Below are positions 16,353-19,403 of a DNA stretch of 19,403 nt, in pieces. The position numbers were made by a program, and so were the translations under genes. Below the pieces are notes generated by a model. It made no database searches. It worked only from the letters and a program-made list of their open reading frames with translations, and had not been told where the DNA came from. Numbering within the stretch: position 1 is the first letter of the stretch; the number at the start of each line of letters is the position of its first letter. Origin of the DNA: Promethearchaeota archaeon (GTDB taxonomy: Archaea > Asgardarchaeota > Lokiarchaeia > Sigyniarchaeales > SOKP01); contig JABCSY010000074.1 of NCBI GenBank assembly GCA_018238625.1, positions 1 through 19,403 of the forward strand, read 5' to 3'.

Positions 16353-17551
16353 TATGATTTAGTGATAGATTCGGAAGAATCTAAATTTTTTCTTAATTTT
16401 TTGTGCACATGAAAGATAGCAATCATCGTTGTCAGAGCCAATAGGAAAACGTCAAAACCAGGTATGCTTAGTTCGAATTCTAAATTATCAATTGAAATTA
16501 CGTTTAAGCCACATCCCATAGATGTAAATACCAACAAATTACCAAGAGTTGCGTCTTCGTATAGTTTTGGATACAACGCATAATGTTTACTTCCTCCACA
16601 ATAAATGTCCTGATAATCGTCGTAGAAACCTATCGCTTGTAGAGACGACGGATCGGTAATGTCAACAACAACTATTCCTTCGGCGCAAGCTCCTGCGAAT
16701 AATTTGTTATCGTGAATAGCGATTCCTACTCCGTTAATACCATCGATAAAAATATCTGATAAAAAGGACGCGTTAGTTTTATCTGAGATGTCAATTGATT
16801 TAACATGGGCGCGATGTAAAATCGTTTTTGTACTAATAAGACCCGAAGTATACAACACATTTTCTTCAATAAAATAGCTTTGAGCGTAATACTCCCCTAA
16901 ATCAAACGAACTTATTAAATTTAAATTTGAAGGGTCAGTAGCATTTACAATTTTTAGCTGGTGGGTTGTTGTGCAGATGTAAAGGTAATCCTCAATGAAT
17001 GTTAATGATTCAACAAATTCAGTTAAATTAAGTCTATCTAACTCTACTGGGCTTTCTACATTTGAAAAATTAAAAGATATAATTTCAGTGTAATTATTTA
17101 CGAAAAGAGTAGTTTCCGAAGCGTCAAAACCCCTCGCGTAGCCTAAATCTAACAATCCTTTATATACGGGAGATGCGGGCGAGGAAATATCGATATATTC
17201 GATATTCCAGTCTTGATCCTCCACTACTCTTAAGTATGCAACATCGTTAGCGATTTCAATTTCATAACTGCTCGCTCCGGTTACTGTTCTTAAGGCAGTA
17301 AGAGACGGATTAGAAGGATCTGCTAAAGAGATCACTCTTAAACCCGGTAAACTGGCGTCTGATACATACGCGTATGTACCATTAATTTCAACGTCCTCAA
17401 ACATTACGCTTACTCCTGAAGGTTGATAGTGTCCAATGTGAGCGTTTTTAATTTCTTTGAACTCTGCTGCATATGCGTATTTGATCGAAATAAAAATAAA
17501 AATCGAGGAAATTAATAAAATAAAAACAAATATTGATCGTTTTTGTTTCAT
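16352..17551 (-). CDS. Secreted LVIVD-repeat (beta-propeller-like) protein with Loki-CTERM-like anchor
   Basis: N-terminal basic+hydrophobic signal peptide; repeats LRVISLADPSNP, IDISSPASP, LKIVNATDPSN and IVVVDITDPSS; C-terminal IPGFD+TM+KKLRK. The ATG at 17551 is preferred over the TTG at 17563. Confidence 0.82.
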   Translation of the reverse strand: MKQKRSIFVFILLISSIFIFISIKYAYAAEFKEIKNAHIGHYQPSGVSVMFEDVEINGTYAYVSDASLPGLRVISLADPSNPSLTALRTVTGASSYEIEIANDVAYLRVVEDQDWNIEYIDISSPASPVYKGLLDLGYARGFDASETTLFVNNYTEIISFNFSNVESPVELDRLNLTEFVESLTFIEDYLYICTTTHQLKIVNATDPSNLNLISSFDLGEYYAQSYFIEENVLYTSGLISTKTILHRAHVKSIDISDKTNASFLSDIFIDGINGVGIAIHDNKLFAGACAEGIVVVDITDPSSLQAIGFYDDYQDIYCGGSKHYALYPKLYEDATLGNLLVFTSMGCGLNVISIDNLEFELSIPGFDVFLLALTTMIAIFHVHKKLRKNLDSSESITKS

Positions 17552-17813
17552 ATTACTAGTCAATGCATGTTCGATTTAAAAAATGTATCGCATTACTAAA
17601 AAATAGAATCGTTCATTTTTCTCGTTTATATCTTTATACATCCCTATGAACCGCCTTTCTTTTTTCATAAAAGTATTAAATTTAGCGTCGATCTAAATTT
17701 TTTTTATAAAGTGAAAGATTAATAAACAAAAAAATTAAATAATTATAACTAAATTTTTTTTTGGGGGCTCTATAAAAGGGGAGTTTCTCTTTAAATTAAA
17801 TTAGGAGATTTTA

Positions 17814-19199
17814 ATGAGTGAAAACAAGAAAAAAATTTCATTATTTAATATGCTTTCCTATGGAACGGCAGATTTACTATATTCTCTCTTTAACGGAATT
17901 TTCGGAGGGTTATACTATATATTCTGGGAAGTAGTCGTAGGTTTAGATATTATAATAATAACTCTTGCGTATACCATATTCGCAGTCTGGAATATAATTA
18001 ACGATCCAATTTTTGGATATATTGCAGATCGTCCGAGAAAATTCTGGAGTAGACTTGGCAAAAGATACCCGTGGTTTATAATTGGAGGTATACCAGCAAT
18101 ACTATTTCTTGCTGTTATATTTAGTCCCCCTTATTTAGATCCAGTGGATGCCGCGTGGATATACTTTGCTTGGATATTAATATCGTTGTGTATTTACGAA
18201 CTATTTTATACGATGACACAATTGAGCCATACTGCGTTATTTCCGGACAAGTTCCAGTTAGATAGTGAGAGAAGGAAAGGTGGTTTCTGGCGAATGCTTT
18301 TAGCTGTTCTTGGAACAGCAATTGGATTTATAATCCCTCCTCTTCTCATAGATGTAACTAATCCTTCCTCATTTGTTAGTATGGCATGGATTTTTGTAGT
18401 TGTTAATCTGGTAATTTTTACAGCTTCGATTCCTGGACATCGAGAGAGTAAAGATTTGAAGGATCGTTATGTTAGAGAGCAAGAAAATAGAGAATCTGTC
18501 TCGTTTTTCCACACATTGAAAATCGTTGTAACCCATAAGAATTTCATGGTATTAATTTTAGTGTTTTTGATGGATGGAATAATAGCAGTTAGTCTTACTG
18601 CATCGATCCAATATGTTACTCTTTATATTCTCGAGGAACCACCGAGTTCTGCTATATTGATACTTGTACCGTTTATCCTTGCAGTGATCGTTTCACTTTT
18701 TCCCTGGTTATTATTATCTCAGAAAATGAAAAATAACCGGAAAATGTTGATACTTGGAGTATTCTTGAACACAATAGGGTTATTACCATTTATGTTCACC
18801 CAAACTACAATAGGTTTTATTATAGCTGCATTCATATTAGGAATAGGAGGGGGGGCGATTAGGATTGGAACTAACCCCGTTTTAGCAGATGCGATTGATG
18901 AAGCCGTAGCTGATTCTGGGAAACACATTGAAGGGAGTTTCATGGGTGTTTACACGTTTTTCACCCGATTTTCGCTAATTGCTCAGGGATGGATATTTGC
19001 GATTACCCATACATTAACAGGTTTCGATCCATTCTCACCTACTCAAACAGAATTTGCACAGTTTGGAATACGTTTGCATACTGCATTAATACCAATGATC
19101 TTGACCCTCATTGCTCTTGTCGTTTTTGCGCTTGTTTACGATCTTAATCCTGAAAAGACAAAAGAAATTAAAGAGAAATTAAAAGAATTAAATCTATAA
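17814..19199 (+). CDS. MFS transporter, glycoside-pentoside-hexuronide (MelB-like) family
   Basis: WNIINDPIFGYIADR, LGKRYPW, ADAIDE and EG.F.G motifs; about 12 TM segments; SD AGGAG at 17803-17807. Confidence 0.9.
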   Translation: MSENKKKISLFNMLSYGTADLLYSLFNGIFGGLYYIFWEVVVGLDIIIITLAYTIFAVWNIINDPIFGYIADRPRKFWSRLGKRYPWFIIGGIPAILFLAVIFSPPYLDPVDAAWIYFAWILISLCIYELFYTMTQLSHTALFPDKFQLDSERRKGGFWRMLLAVLGTAIGFIIPPLLIDVTNPSSFVSMAWIFVVVNLVIFTASIPGHRESKDLKDRYVREQENRESVSFFHTLKIVVTHKNFMVLILVFLMDGIIAVSLTASIQYVTLYILEEPPSSAILILVPFILAVIVSLFPWLLLSQKMKNNRKMLILGVFLNTIGLLPFMFTQTTIGFIIAAFILGIGGGAIRIGTNPVLADAIDEAVADSGKHIEGSFMGVYTFFTRFSLIAQGWIFAITHTLTGFDPFSPTQTEFAQFGIRLHTALIPMILTLIALVVFALVYDLNPEKTKEIKEKLKELNL

Positions 19200-19333
19200 T
19201 CTATTTTATTTTTCAGATAATCTATAACAAATAAAATGTATTTGTTCTACTTAATTTTTAACTCATTAACGAGATTTCTTCTACAAAATTTATACATCCA
19301 AAATGATAATTTGAGAAAACTAATCAAAGGTTG

Positions 19334-19402
19334 CTAAAGAAATTCATTAAGGTTCCTATTTCGAAAACGCTTTTCTACGCCATTTTTCATCCCTGGTAAC
19401 TT
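19334..19402 (-). CDS. Possible C-terminal end of a gene entering from the right edge
   Basis: Open frame from the edge: KLPGMKNGVEKRFRNRNLNEFL*. Too short to identify. Confidence 0.3.
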   Translation of the reverse strand, partial: KLPGMKNGVEKRFRNRNLNEFL

Positions 19403-19403
19403 A

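Noticed and set aside
17576-17668. 30-aa minus-strand ORF upstream of the LVIVD gene
   Set aside because: No SD or motif; a length like this is expected by chance.
1636-18943. Other short overlapping ORFs in the track (1636, 2574, 3720, 8135, 11358, 12524, 13979, 14333, 14581, 14738, 15328, 15859, 18121, 18719)
   Set aside because: All overlap well-supported genes, antisense or out of frame, and lack recognisable features.
1-19403. CRISPR array, tRNA/rRNA, transposase or integrase
   Set aside because: No regularly spaced repeats, cloverleaf-compatible GC-rich segments or recombinase motifs were seen by eye.

Overview
AT-rich archaeal window, most likely Asgard (Lokiarchaeia/Promethearchaeia). 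This is inferred from an archaeal-type uS2, an IPGF+TM+basic Loki-CTERM-like tail and LITAF-like zinc-ribbon membrane proteins. Content is mostly housekeeping and metabolic: thiW, a small P-loop NTPase, an HSDL2-like SDR, adk, a scattered aromatic amino-acid set (aroD, aroK, aroE, tyrA), a thiolase-like protein, a flavin reductase, tmk, a LeuC/LeuD-family pair, an HDIG protein and rps2. The right end holds a CooC-like ATPase, an LVIVD surface protein and a GPH-family MFS transporter. The most notable observation is missed by the ORF track: a small minus-strand zinc-ribbon gene (5550-5753) is interrupted by a 30-nt hairpin insert carrying an in-frame TAA. The insert folds into a relaxed bulge-helix-bulge motif, and canonical tRNA-endonuclease cleavage would remove exactly 5602-5631 and restore a 57-aa CxxC...CxxC protein. 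It is therefore a candidate tRNA-type intron in an archaeal mRNA. Secondary points are duplicated LITAF-like genes (one with a probable ATT start), a structured leader at the left edge, an atypical LeuD specificity loop, a repeat-expanded uS2 N-terminus and a degenerate region after rps2. No rRNA, tRNA, CRISPR array or intact mobile element was recognised.
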